64,000 nucleotides of DNA. Origin: an uncultured Desulfarculus sp. (lineage in GTDB: Bacteria > Desulfobacterota > Desulfarculia > Desulfarculales > Desulfarculaceae). The notes below the pieces were generated by a model that saw nothing but the letters and a program-made list of their open reading frames with translations, made no database searches and was not told the DNA's origin. The position numbers and the translations under genes are program-made. This document shows, in pieces, positions 43,376-53,337 of the stretch (the stretch's first letter is position 1; each line of letters begins with the position of its first letter). The stretch is from the NCBI GenBank assembly GCA_963665125.2, contig CAXXUK010000001.1, forward strand, positions 3,648,001 through 3,712,000. The letters run 5' to 3'.

Positions 43376-44452
43376 ATGAAAAATGAGATTCTTGATGATT
43401 TAAAACAAACCCTGGAAAGTATAAGCGTTTCCATACAACCATCTCCCGCTGAAATGGTCAAAATTGAGCCTCACCCGGCAGGCGGACGGATGTCGAAGGA
43501 AGAGAAGATTAACCGCCTTCGCTCCGTCATAAAGGGCAGTAAGGCAGAAAAGCTGGAGGCTCTGGAGATGCTGAGAAATTCATATCTTCCCGATGATGCT
43601 GTATTTATCCTTAATGCCATTGACGACGAAGAACCCGAAGTCAGGGCGTTTGCCGCAAAATTGGCGGGAGAGTTGAAGATAAGGGAAGCCCTGGGGGATT
43701 TGAAAATACATCTGGAAGATGAGTCGGACGAGGTGGCGGAGGCGTCTCTCGATTCCGTAATGCTTATTGAAGACCCCTTTATTGCGAAGGTAGTTCAATG
43801 TGTATTCAAATCTGGCAAGGAAGTGGATATTTTATGCAAGGTTCTGACAACACCGGAGAGAGATGGCTTTGATGTGGGAGTTACGCTTTTCACAAAAGAC
43901 CGGGAAATTAAAATTCCTTCGGATTTTCAGATGGCGGTTAGGGGAAAGCTTCAATCAGGGGCGGTTCTGTTTCCCCGCAAGGAAGCCCTGAAACGGGGCA
44001 GGCATATTCTTTTCCAGAACCTTCCTCCGGGAGAGTTTAAACTTCTCCCCGGTGAATCGGTTTGTTCATTCCGGGGAGAGGGAATTGTCAGGGAAATATC
44101 CTTCAAGGGAGAGAGGGTGGCAGCTTCCGCCGGTGAAACCCATCCGGAAATCTGGAGGCTGGAGACCGATAACATCAATATGAGCTGCACACTGGAGATG
44201 GAGCCTGACGGGAACCTGATAATCCGTTTCTCACTGATGAATTATCCCCTGAAGAGAATCACGGTGGAGTTCCAGGTTATCAGTAAAGAAAACCACAGAA
44301 TTCTTACCGTTGACAGGGCAGGAAGCAAAGTCCCCTTTACGGGTGAGATAGAACTGGAGCCTGTGGGAAAAGAGCTTTTTGGTGAAAAGATTATGGGCAG
44401 ACTCGATTCCATAGATGTGAATGATTTTTTTGTGATTGTATATTTTAAATAA
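43376..44452 (+). CDS. HEAT-repeat plus two beta-rich domains; putative anti-sigma / protease substrate
   Basis: DDEEPEVRAFAAKLAGEL, LEDESDEVAEAS HEAT repeats; linker ERVAASAG before the C-terminal beta domain. Confidence 0.65.
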   Translation: MKNEILDDLKQTLESISVSIQPSPAEMVKIEPHPAGGRMSKEEKINRLRSVIKGSKAEKLEALEMLRNSYLPDDAVFILNAIDDEEPEVRAFAAKLAGELKIREALGDLKIHLEDESDEVAEASLDSVMLIEDPFIAKVVQCVFKSGKEVDILCKVLTTPERDGFDVGVTLFTKDREIKIPSDFQMAVRGKLQSGAVLFPRKEALKRGRHILFQNLPPGEFKLLPGESVCSFRGEGIVREISFKGERVAASAGETHPEIWRLETDNINMSCTLEMEPDGNLIIRFSLMNYPLKRITVEFQVISKENHRILTVDRAGSKVPFTGEIELEPVGKELFGEKIMGRLDSIDVNDFFVIVYFK

Positions 44453-44472
44453 AAAACCGGGAGGCAAATAAT

Positions 44473-47400
44473 ATGACACAGGTAAAAGCTCAGGTGTTTA
44501 CAAAAGCATTGAACCAGGCTTATGTGGATAAGAATTTTAAACAGGTTGCCGAGATTATGCTGGACAGTGCAGAAGTCCCTGATTCTGAATTTAAGCCTTA
44601 TTTGGGAAGGTGGCTTTATGATACTTACAGTTATGGAACCAATGGAAATTCAGTTCATGGTGTCCCCATTCTTCTTGGTTGCAGAAGCCTGGTGGAGAAA
44701 TCACTGGAAAACCTTGATATGTCTGAAACGGTTTTTATACTGAAAGAATGGGAGAGGAAGCTTGATGAAATTTCCGGTAAGATTGACAACATCCTCATCT
44801 CAAGCCGTTATATCTCCGAACCCCCTTCGACCCTGATAAGAGTGATATTCAATCTTGTCGAAAGCGCCCTTTATCTCAGGTTTCCCTTTCAGCAGGATAA
44901 CATTGTCAGGTTTTACGATGCATTCAGGGACGCCCTCAATATAATCAGCGGAGAATCCCATCTTGCCGATAAAAAACAACAGGCTCCTCCTGAAATCCCC
45001 GTGAATGATGGCGAGAAAAGCATTGTCGCTGATTCCCTCCGATATTTTTCTTCTCTCCATAAACCCCGTTATATTGCCATCTGCTCCCATATTTTAAATT
45101 GGCTCCTGGGATCCGCTCCCCGGTTGGAGAATTCATCGGTAGTTACTTTCCCTTATTATCGCGAATTTGAGGGAAAAACAGGCATTATCAGGCTGGAGCT
45201 TTACGGTGAAGGAACGGGAGAAATCTATCCTCACCCCGTCAGGTCGCCTTTTCTCAGATACGACATGGATGCGGAAAACTGTCTGAAAAATATTAAAGAT
45301 TTCGCATCAGGGATACCGGGGCTTAAAGAGAAATTCCCAAATTATAATATTTCTCATGAAATCCTTGATAAATCTCCACGCTATCCCCTGAAAAACATCA
45401 CAGATATCTCCTTCGGCGCAGCTTTTACCGCCGGTGTGCTCAATCTTTTCAGCGAAGCCCCCATCGACACCGACTGCTGCATCAGCGCAGGAATTGACGA
45501 CACAGGAAAGCTTCTCCCCGTTTCCCACATTCCTGAGAAGATTGATGCTGCTATTAAAGCTAAGATGAGAAAGTTTGTCCTTTGCTGCGAGAACTATGAG
45601 AATGTGAAACGTGAGTTTGCTGACCCGAAAATTCAGCTCATTCCCGCTGCCCGTATTGAGGAAGTAAACCAGGCGGCAACGGGGCTGACGGAAATGGTGG
45701 ATAATTATCTCGGTCACCTGGAGGGCAATTTGAGGATGATGCCCCGTTATTATCCCGAAGGTTACGATATTGAGAGTCTCGCCGTGAACCTCATAATGCT
45801 GCAAAGGGAGGGGGATTCGCAAGGTGATGCTCACAGAAAGACTCCCCTTAAATTTAGCTGGAATGATGAAATTTTCTATCGCAACATAATTCTGGCGGAC
45901 CCCGGATATGGAAAAACATGGCTTCTGAAGCATCTTGGCTCCAGGCTTCTCAATGGGTTGAAACGGGACATGAAAGAATCGGGTGGAAGTCTTTACGATA
46001 TTGACCTGCCTGTATTTCTCAGGCTTGGTGATATAGCTTCCAGCCTCAGTGACAGGAATGATTTCGAAAATGCCCTTCTCGTCTGTATAATTGATAAATA
46101 CTATTCAGGCGGCAATGAAGCTGAATTCGGACATTTTCTCAGGGAAAAACTGAGAAACAACACCCTCTTCCTGCTGCTTGACGCTCTGGATGAGGTGGAT
46201 TCCGATAAAACTGCCCTGCTGCGAAAACATCTTGACGAGTTCTGCCGGAAATACGACCGCTGCCCGGTGGTCATCACTTCCAGGAACACTGGTTTCCAGC
46301 CTTTCCGCAGGGAATTTCGCTTTGAAGAGATGGAGATACAAAAGCTGGACGATGAGCAAATCAGGGAATTCATCGGCAACTGGTTTGGAAGAAGTGAAAA
46401 AACAAAGGCTGTTGATAAACCTGATGATTCCTTCATTGAAGCGATTTACGGTGAACTTCGGAATGTCACATCAGTCCGCAACCTGTCCGGCATCCCCCTC
46501 TTTCTGTCCTTTTTATGCAAATTCCGTGAAGAAGGCAGTCTGAAAAACATTCGCAGGCGAAGAGATGTGTTTGAGAAAGCACTTTTGGGTATTATGACCT
46601 TTTGGCGCAGCGAAAAGACCTATGATGAAATGGGATGGACGGAAATTACCTTCATGCTGAGAGTCCTGGAACGGGTAGCGTATAAAATGTTTACAGGGGA
46701 AAAGGACCAGGCGGATGAAGAGAGCCTCCTCCAATACATAGAAGAAGCGTCGGAGGAAATTCAGGAATCCCACAAACAGGAAAAAACCTCCGGTCTGCGC
46801 CTCCCCGCAAAGTTCAAATCCTGGAGAAAAGAAGATATGCTGGCGGAAAACCTCCTGGACGAATTCATCAGAACAGGAATCCTGGTAAAATCCGGTACAG
46901 CCGGGAAACTGGGAGACGCGGAGCAATCAGGCACCTTATCGAAACCGGATTTCCACCAATCCAACAACTATCTCTTCATCCACCGCTCCTTCCTGGAATA
47001 CCTGACAACCTCCCACATCGCCCGAAAACCCGACTGGCTGGAGGAACTGAAGCAGCACTTTGAAGACAGCAGATGGGAAGAGATAATTACTATGATGGCG
47101 GGGTTTTATGAGGGTAACGGCGGAGATGAAACAAAAGTCGCCACAAAAAGCAGTTCTGTTAATGTTTTGGAGATGGTTAATGCAATTATCGCTTACTCCG
47201 ATAAAGTTGCTGATGAAAACCACTATTTAGAGATATTGGCAGGAAAATGCTTTATAGAATGGGACGAAAAGTTTCGTCAGGTTCCGGATGTTTATGAGGT
47301 TTTCAGCAGACATATAAATAGGATGTTTGAGACAATTCACTCTATTGATTACTACAAAAGAAGCATTGGGATTAGAAAAATTAAAAATGCCTATGTGGAT

Positions 47401-49245
47401 GTGCTTGCAGGCATCAGAGCTGATTCAATCGTCAATTATATCCTGGAAAACAGCCTTAATCTTGCTCCTGAGTATTACCAAATTCTTGGCAAAATGGGAA
47501 CAGAAATTGCTATGAACGCCTTAATAAAGCTCTTGAAATACAATCTTGAAAACAAATTCATTTGTGAACAATTGAAATTCTATTTTTTCGAGATTGATTG
47601 GCAGGATTTCATTCGTAATCTCAAGTTTCCTACAACGGAAAATTATAAATACATATTCGGGCTTCTGGATGAAGATACAAAAGAAATAATTAGACTGTGG
47701 TTGCCTGAAGAAGATTTAACTTCTTTCCAGACAAATAAATTAAAGCATAGTGTAGCTAACCTGTTAAAACGAGAGGACTTTTATCAAAAGGGGCTATTCT
47801 CTGAAATCAATATTCCAAAGATAGAACAAGAAATGAAGAGCATTGGGCAGGGCAAATCGAAAGAAGAACAAGTTCTTGAATTCAATTGTCATTTATTGAT
47901 TTCTTTTATACCAAGGCGAACTTGCCTATTTATGTGTGATGGAGATAACCATCACTTGACTGCCTCACTTTTTAATTACAATAATCATAAAGTATATTCA
48001 GTGTTAGTCAAAAGTCCTTCGTCTGAAGTTATTAAATATTTGATGAAAGTTGATTTAAGTATGGCTCAGGAATGCTGGTTACATTTGTTGGAAGAAACTG
48101 ATTTGCATTATGGCTTCATTTCTTCTAATAGACAAAATTGCGGGGTCTTTGATTTTGAGCTAATGGTTGAAAATGGTATATACCAAGTAATTCCTTTTGC
48201 AATAAGTAAGTACAGAACCTTACAATCAAATATGAAACTAAAATTGGCAATGGCTATAGTAGGATGGGGAATAAAAGAACCTGGACCATTTCTGATAGAA
48301 AGATTAAAAGCCGGAGATGAATGTAATGTCTATGAACAAATGGACCTACATCCTCTTGATTCAACATTTTTAATTCATTTAGGAACTCTGGTAAAAATTG
48401 AAAATGAACAGATAGCACCACTATTAATAGATATATTGGAAGAAAATGTAGAAGAGAACGAATATTTAAATATTCGAAATAGATTTGGCGAACAATATTT
48501 TGAAAACCTACATTATTGCAATTTTTTTCATGAATACAGTGAATATACAAAAGAAGAAGTTAAATTATTCACACTATATCAAGTAAAATTTGAAGCAAAA
48601 AAATCATTACTAGATATATTAGCCGAGGTATGCAACGAAGAATATCTGGATATGATTAACAATGAAAGGATTTTACATGACCTTCCCGACCTGAATGATT
48701 TGAATCTCACACACCGGAAATCCCTTAATGAATACATAGAAGAAACTAAACAAAAAATCAGACTCAGAATAATAACAAAACAAAATACTGAAAAATTCAG
48801 AAGGATGTTTTACAATGAGTTAAAGCCACTCAACGAGAAATATGGCGTCTATGAAAGCAAAGATGATTATTCAACAATAAAGCCAATCCCTAAAGTCTTC
48901 TATTCTGTCAGAGCTATCTTGATGGGCTTGTCAATCCGTGAAGAAGAACTGGAAGATGATGAAAAAAACTATAAGGCAGAGATAAAAAATGCTTTGCTGA
49001 AATTATTGTCGAGTGTAACGAGACTGGAGATTATCTCCGAGATTCAGAGAATATTTAGGAATCTTGAAAATGAAACATTGGAGCTCATAGAAAAACATAG
49101 ACAAGAGATTGCCCGATATATAGCCTCCAAATTAAGTCTCTCCAGTGACCACTACCCGTTCTTGCAGGATCTGATAAAGTTATTAAGAGACGAGAACATT
49201 ACTGTAAGAAATTTTGCCAGGGAACTGTACGAATTTATTCGATAA
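44473..49245 (+). CDS. Lon-type (S16-like) protease - NACHT NTPase - helical repeat protein (NLR/STAND-like)
   Basis: DISFGAA (S313) and PVSHIPEK (K356), 43 residues apart; Walker A ADPGYGKT; Walker B LLLDALDE; VITSR; PLFL; FIHRSFLEYL. Confidence 0.85.
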   Translation: MTQVKAQVFTKALNQAYVDKNFKQVAEIMLDSAEVPDSEFKPYLGRWLYDTYSYGTNGNSVHGVPILLGCRSLVEKSLENLDMSETVFILKEWERKLDEISGKIDNILISSRYISEPPSTLIRVIFNLVESALYLRFPFQQDNIVRFYDAFRDALNIISGESHLADKKQQAPPEIPVNDGEKSIVADSLRYFSSLHKPRYIAICSHILNWLLGSAPRLENSSVVTFPYYREFEGKTGIIRLELYGEGTGEIYPHPVRSPFLRYDMDAENCLKNIKDFASGIPGLKEKFPNYNISHEILDKSPRYPLKNITDISFGAAFTAGVLNLFSEAPIDTDCCISAGIDDTGKLLPVSHIPEKIDAAIKAKMRKFVLCCENYENVKREFADPKIQLIPAARIEEVNQAATGLTEMVDNYLGHLEGNLRMMPRYYPEGYDIESLAVNLIMLQREGDSQGDAHRKTPLKFSWNDEIFYRNIILADPGYGKTWLLKHLGSRLLNGLKRDMKESGGSLYDIDLPVFLRLGDIASSLSDRNDFENALLVCIIDKYYSGGNEAEFGHFLREKLRNNTLFLLLDALDEVDSDKTALLRKHLDEFCRKYDRCPVVITSRNTGFQPFRREFRFEEMEIQKLDDEQIREFIGNWFGRSEKTKAVDKPDDSFIEAIYGELRNVTSVRNLSGIPLFLSFLCKFREEGSLKNIRRRRDVFEKALLGIMTFWRSEKTYDEMGWTEITFMLRVLERVAYKMFTGEKDQADEESLLQYIEEASEEIQESHKQEKTSGLRLPAKFKSWRKEDMLAENLLDEFIRTGILVKSGTAGKLGDAEQSGTLSKPDFHQSNNYLFIHRSFLEYLTTSHIARKPDWLEELKQHFEDSRWEEIITMMAGFYEGNGGDETKVATKSSSVNVLEMVNAIIAYSDKVADENHYLEILAGKCFIEWDEKFRQVPDVYEVFSRHINRMFETIHSIDYYKRSIGIRKIKNAYVDVLAGIRADSIVNYILENSLNLAPEYYQILGKMGTEIAMNALIKLLKYNLENKFICEQLKFYFFEIDWQDFIRNLKFPTTENYKYIFGLLDEDTKEIIRLWLPEEDLTSFQTNKLKHSVANLLKREDFYQKGLFSEINIPKIEQEMKSIGQGKSKEEQVLEFNCHLLISFIPRRTCLFMCDGDNHHLTASLFNYNNHKVYSVLVKSPSSEVIKYLMKVDLSMAQECWLHLLEETDLHYGFISSNRQNCGVFDFELMVENGIYQVIPFAISKYRTLQSNMKLKLAMAIVGWGIKEPGPFLIERLKAGDECNVYEQMDLHPLDSTFLIHLGTLVKIENEQIAPLLIDILEENVEENEYLNIRNRFGEQYFENLHYCNFFHEYSEYTKEEVKLFTLYQVKFEAKKSLLDILAEVCNEEYLDMINNERILHDLPDLNDLNLTHRKSLNEYIEETKQKIRLRIITKQNTEKFRRMFYNELKPLNEKYGVYESKDDYSTIKPIPKVFYSVRAILMGLSIREEELEDDEKNYKAEIKNALLKLLSSVTRLEIISEIQRIFRNLENETLELIEKHRQEIARYIASKLSLSSDHYPFLQDLIKLLRDENITVRNFARELYEFIR

Positions 49246-49277
49246 TTTCCTGAAAAATCCCAACTCAGCTCCCTATA
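49244..49277 (+). promoter_or_regulatory. Island motif copy 2
   Basis: AACTCagcTCCCTATA 49262-49277; ATG begins 37 nt after motif end. Confidence 0.65.
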
Positions 49278-49313
49278 TACATGTGGATGAGTTAATTTGA
49301 AAGGAGAAAAGCT

Positions 49314-49622
49314 ATGAGAAACTGGTTAGAATCGGCAGAAGAGGTCTATGAAGGTGCGTTTACCGTTACCGGGTATGAGGAAGGAAGACCCAAACAAAGC
49401 CAGGGAAATGGTAATGTCAGGCTTGTTTGTTGCACTAAAGAGCGGAAAACCCTTGTATTCTGGGGAGTGGCCGGTGAAGACACATTAAATATCGACAGAG
49501 TATATGGCTCAAAGCTTCCCGTAAAGGTTCGCTGTCAATATATCGAGCCCCAGGATTGGGGAAAGGGATACGGGCACGACTGGTGGTGCCCCCAGAATGC
49601 AAAGATTGCATTTGAATCATAA
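49314..49622 (+). CDS. Small hypothetical protein (possible OB-like fold)
   Basis: RBS AAGGAG, 102 aa, followed by terminator. Confidence 0.7.
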   Translation: MRNWLESAEEVYEGAFTVTGYEEGRPKQSQGNGNVRLVCCTKERKTLVFWGVAGEDTLNIDRVYGSKLPVKVRCQYIEPQDWGKGYGHDWWCPQNAKIAFES

Positions 49623-49650
49623 AAGAAGGTAAGGAATCGATTCATTATCT

Positions 49651-49686
49651 AAAGAACCAATCACAATTTCCGGATTGGTTCTTTTG
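49651..49686 (+). terminator. Intrinsic terminator
   Basis: AAAGAACCAATC..GATTGGTTCTTT plus T-run. Confidence 0.75.
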
Positions 49687-50011
49687 TCTTTATCAAAAAC
49701 ATAGGCTGCTAATCACCTTCTATTGGAGGAATCTTCAGGTTACAACCAGGTATTCAGACATTTCAAAGATTTAATGCCTATTTCGTGTCCTGAAGAACAC
49801 TTCTACCATATTCCGGGTGAATTGATGTGAAAGAGCAGATTTACAATTACTGATTTAGAAATGAAAAATTATCTCTTTTACGCAGTCTTTCTGTAGGATG
49901 AGTTTTAGACTCCCGATTTCTTCAACATTGATATTTAAATCGGTACAGTAATGTCCCTCCCACAGCACCTGACTTTATAGCCAGATAAATAATAAAGTGC
50001 TTAATCCGCTG

Positions 50012-50044
50012 ATTTTCCAAAATCCCCCAACTCCCCTCCCTATA
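50012..50044 (+). promoter_or_regulatory. Island motif copy 3
   Basis: AACTCcccTCCCTATA 50029-50044; ATG begins 37 nt after motif end. Confidence 0.65.
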
Positions 50045-50080
50045 ACATAGTGAAGACGAAAAACGAAAGGGGAGTCAACT

Positions 50081-50641
50081 ATGAAAATAACAGCGAGAAA
50101 GACCGCAAGAACGAAAACTCAGAACAACCTGATGGGGCTGCTGATGCAGAAGAAAGGCAGAAGGGAGCTGGATGATCTTTATATTAACGGGAATGATCCC
50201 AATATGAAGACCATGATGAGAAAAATCGCAGGGAATCTGGGCCCGAAACAGAAAATTGTTATAGTGGGAAGCCTTCATTGCAACAGGGAGCAAATCTATG
50301 AACTCGCCGCCGAGATGGAAATTAACAGGAAACAGGTCGAGATTTGCGATGACTATAAGAAACTGAAAAACACAGGCTTCGGACACCTGAGAAATAATCC
50401 CGTATATGCCGGAATCCTGGTGGGCGAAGTGCCCCATCACACGAAAGACACGGAAAACTACAACAGCGCCACAGGCTTATTCAGTAGAGATTCCGGCTTC
50501 CCACCCTGCGAAATAATTTCCACCATATCAGGAAAACTCAAGATGACAAAGACATCCCTCAAAACAGGCTTGATGCATTTGATGATAAAGATTGGGGAGA
50601 TGCAGGCAAGTCCCGGAATCACCCATTTTGTAACGATTTGA
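50081..50641 (+). CDS. Hypothetical protein
   Basis: RBS AGGGGAG; 186 aa; YAGILVGEVPHH motif. Confidence 0.7.
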   Translation: MKITARKTARTKTQNNLMGLLMQKKGRRELDDLYINGNDPNMKTMMRKIAGNLGPKQKIVIVGSLHCNREQIYELAAEMEINRKQVEICDDYKKLKNTGFGHLRNNPVYAGILVGEVPHHTKDTENYNSATGLFSRDSGFPPCEIISTISGKLKMTKTSLKTGLMHLMIKIGEMQASPGITHFVTI

Positions 50642-50703
50642 TTAAATTATTAAGATTACCTGATTTATCGGAGAACAAATCGGATTAGAGGAGGAATGGG
50701 AAA

Positions 50704-51603
50704 ATGGATGTATTAACTAATCATTTATACAAAGTCTTGGGGTATGCAAAAAATCGTATTGCAGATCATATAAATACTGCTGGGAAATGCTGTAAACTAA
50801 AAGAATGCAAATTTTCAGCAGCAGAGATGCCTGATTATAATGACAGGGATATTCAATATCTTTATATGATCAGGTATTATGTGGCATATCTATGTGAATA
50901 TCGTTATATATACAGGGAAATTCTAAATTTTCTTATGGGGTCTGAAGCATCGGTTCTCTCTTTAGGGGCAGGATGTTTGTTGGACCTTGATGGTCTTCAC
51001 TATGCTATGTTTGATACAAGGACTCCAAAGGGTGTGGTGGATTATACTGGGATTGATATTGCCGAGTGGGAATTCAAAGTCAAAGTCCAGGGTATTAGAA
51101 ATATGGCTTTTAATATAAATGTTTCAGAACTGGAATCTTCCCATTTGAATAAAAACGTCCTGATGTTCTCAAAATCTGTTATTGATATAGATGAAAGGGA
51201 TTTCAATATTCTTGTAAAAAGAATGAATCAACATAATTACAGACACAGGAACCTGGTTCTGGCTTCTGTTCTTTCTCCAAGAGAAAATGAATATTATATG
51301 GATGCCTGTAAATCCAGGTTCAGGAGAGTTGCTGAAGTTTTCAGAAGCAAGGGATACACTTCTGATGATACTGTGGATATTAATTCCCCGTTTTATGGCG
51401 AACAGGTTTATTGGGCACACATATTTGAGGGCGCTCGTAATCCCCAGTTCATAGTTGAATATTCAAAGGAACTGTCTTCATTATGTCCAATAAACCAAAA
51501 AAATGGTCACACCTGTAAAACTGATTGCGTGAGTAAACTCAATAGGTTTCCTGTAATGAAGGCAGATAATTTTCGATACCAGATTCTTCGAATGAAAAGA
51601 TAA
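50704..51603 (+). CDS. SAM-dependent methyltransferase-fold protein
   Basis: VLSLGAGCLLD (motif I-like), YTGID; Cys clusters at both termini. Confidence 0.6.
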   Translation: MDVLTNHLYKVLGYAKNRIADHINTAGKCCKLKECKFSAAEMPDYNDRDIQYLYMIRYYVAYLCEYRYIYREILNFLMGSEASVLSLGAGCLLDLDGLHYAMFDTRTPKGVVDYTGIDIAEWEFKVKVQGIRNMAFNINVSELESSHLNKNVLMFSKSVIDIDERDFNILVKRMNQHNYRHRNLVLASVLSPRENEYYMDACKSRFRRVAEVFRSKGYTSDDTVDINSPFYGEQVYWAHIFEGARNPQFIVEYSKELSSLCPINQKNGHTCKTDCVSKLNRFPVMKADNFRYQILRMKR

Positions 51604-51656
51604 AATCTGAGAAATCAGGTTTAAAACAATTTTTTGCAATCAAAAGGAGTATTTAT

Positions 51657-53063
51657 ATGGGCAAAAATGCTAAAATCGTTGTCAGTTGCAGTCGTCGGAC
51701 GGATATTCCGGCTTGTTACTCCCAATGGTTGATTAACAGAATTCGTGATGGATATTGTCTCGTCCCGAATCCATTCAATTCTTTGCAAGTTTCTAAGGTA
51801 CCTTTAAATAAAAATGACACATCAGTCATTGTATTCTGGACGAAAAATGCCGCTCCCCTTTCGCCATATCTTGATGAAATTAATGATAAAGGATTGAATT
51901 ACTATTTCCAGTTTACCTTGAATAATTACCCTAAGGAGATCGAACCGGGGATTCCCTCTCTGGAAGAAAGAATCAAAACCTTCAAAGACCTTAGTGATAA
52001 GATTGGCAAAGCAAAAGTTATATGGAGATATGATCCCATAATCATTTCCAATAAAACCGATGCCCATTTTCATATTGAAAGTTTTAAATATATTTGTGAC
52101 CGGTTGAAGGATTCCACGGAAAGATGCGTCCTGAGTATCGTAGATATCTATCAAAAAACGGAAAGACGGATGAAGGAGCTGGAGAAATTTGGAATCAATG
52201 CTCAGCTTACGCCTATGTCTGAAGTACAACTGGATGAGGTTATTCCATCTATTGTTAAATATGCAGAAGAAGCTGAGATAGATGTTTTCAGTTGCGCTGA
52301 AGGAAGTTTTCTCAAAGCATACGGAATAAAGCCGGGAAAATGTATTGACGATGCACTAATCAATAAGTTGTTTAAGATTGATTTTGATTGGAGTATTTCT
52401 CCATCCTCTTTACGAATAAAGAGTATTTTAGACTGGAAAGGTTTGTTGTTGAAATTACAAAAGCCTGAGAATGATGCTGAAAAAGGAATACAAGAGCTTT
52501 TAGAATTTAAAAGCAAAAGAACAATAGAATGTCGCAATCCAGACTCTGACATTAATCAAGAAACCAAAAAGATTATTATAAAGGAATTAAAAAGGTTAAT
52601 AGATAAGGAAAAGCTTTATGAAGAAAAGGCTTTCTTAAAAGTAACCGGAGAAGTAAAAGAACTAATAAACAGAGGTGTCACAAATCTTAGCGAAAACAGG
52701 ACTAAATTATTAAACCGCTTAATACTGGAATCGGTTTTTCCTTATGAAATTGCAAAGATGCAGAAGGATACAAATCAAAGAGAATTATGCGGATGTATAA
52801 GTTCCAAAGACATCGGCATTAATGATACTTGCGGTAACGGTTGTGTCTATTGTTATTCCACCAGTTCTTCAGAAGCAGCAAAAAAGAACTCAGAAGAGCA
52901 TAACCCGGATTCACCAATGCTTATTGGGAAACCCCATAGGAATGCTAACATCAAAGATTTGGCCAAAGAAAATGAAAAAATAACTCAGACGGAAAATACT
53001 AAGGAGAAATCATCATTTGAAGAAAGTATAGCTGAACAGCTCGATTTGTTTTCCGTGCCTTAA
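51657..53063 (+). CDS. DUF1848 family protein (radical-SAM-like) with ~105-aa insertion
   Basis: SCSRRTDIPA, VFWTKN, WRYDPII, CAE, CID, QRELCGC..SKDIG..TCGNGCVYCY. Confidence 0.88.
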   Translation: MGKNAKIVVSCSRRTDIPACYSQWLINRIRDGYCLVPNPFNSLQVSKVPLNKNDTSVIVFWTKNAAPLSPYLDEINDKGLNYYFQFTLNNYPKEIEPGIPSLEERIKTFKDLSDKIGKAKVIWRYDPIIISNKTDAHFHIESFKYICDRLKDSTERCVLSIVDIYQKTERRMKELEKFGINAQLTPMSEVQLDEVIPSIVKYAEEAEIDVFSCAEGSFLKAYGIKPGKCIDDALINKLFKIDFDWSISPSSLRIKSILDWKGLLLKLQKPENDAEKGIQELLEFKSKRTIECRNPDSDINQETKKIIIKELKRLIDKEKLYEEKAFLKVTGEVKELINRGVTNLSENRTKLLNRLILESVFPYEIAKMQKDTNQRELCGCISSKDIGINDTCGNGCVYCYSTSSSEAAKKNSEEHNPDSPMLIGKPHRNANIKDLAKENEKITQTENTKEKSSFEESIAEQLDLFSVP

Positions 53064-53337
53064 AAAATCATTGTGAGTGGCGGATTCTATGATGAAAAAC
53101 TGTTTCAATGTGAGTTTTTTACACTTCTGAATGCAGGATTTGACTTCACAAAGTTTAATCAATATCTCTTCAGAAAAGAATGTAATATTGCTATAATGTC
53201 CATTGTTAACCGACAGAACCGGTTCTATGCAGCCTCAGGCAGGGATGTACAATCTGTCGGTTTTATCTGCGTTTTGTGTAAATCTTCCCCCACTGGGGTG
53301 GATAAAAGCTCCAAACTATTTATTGCAAGGAAACCCG

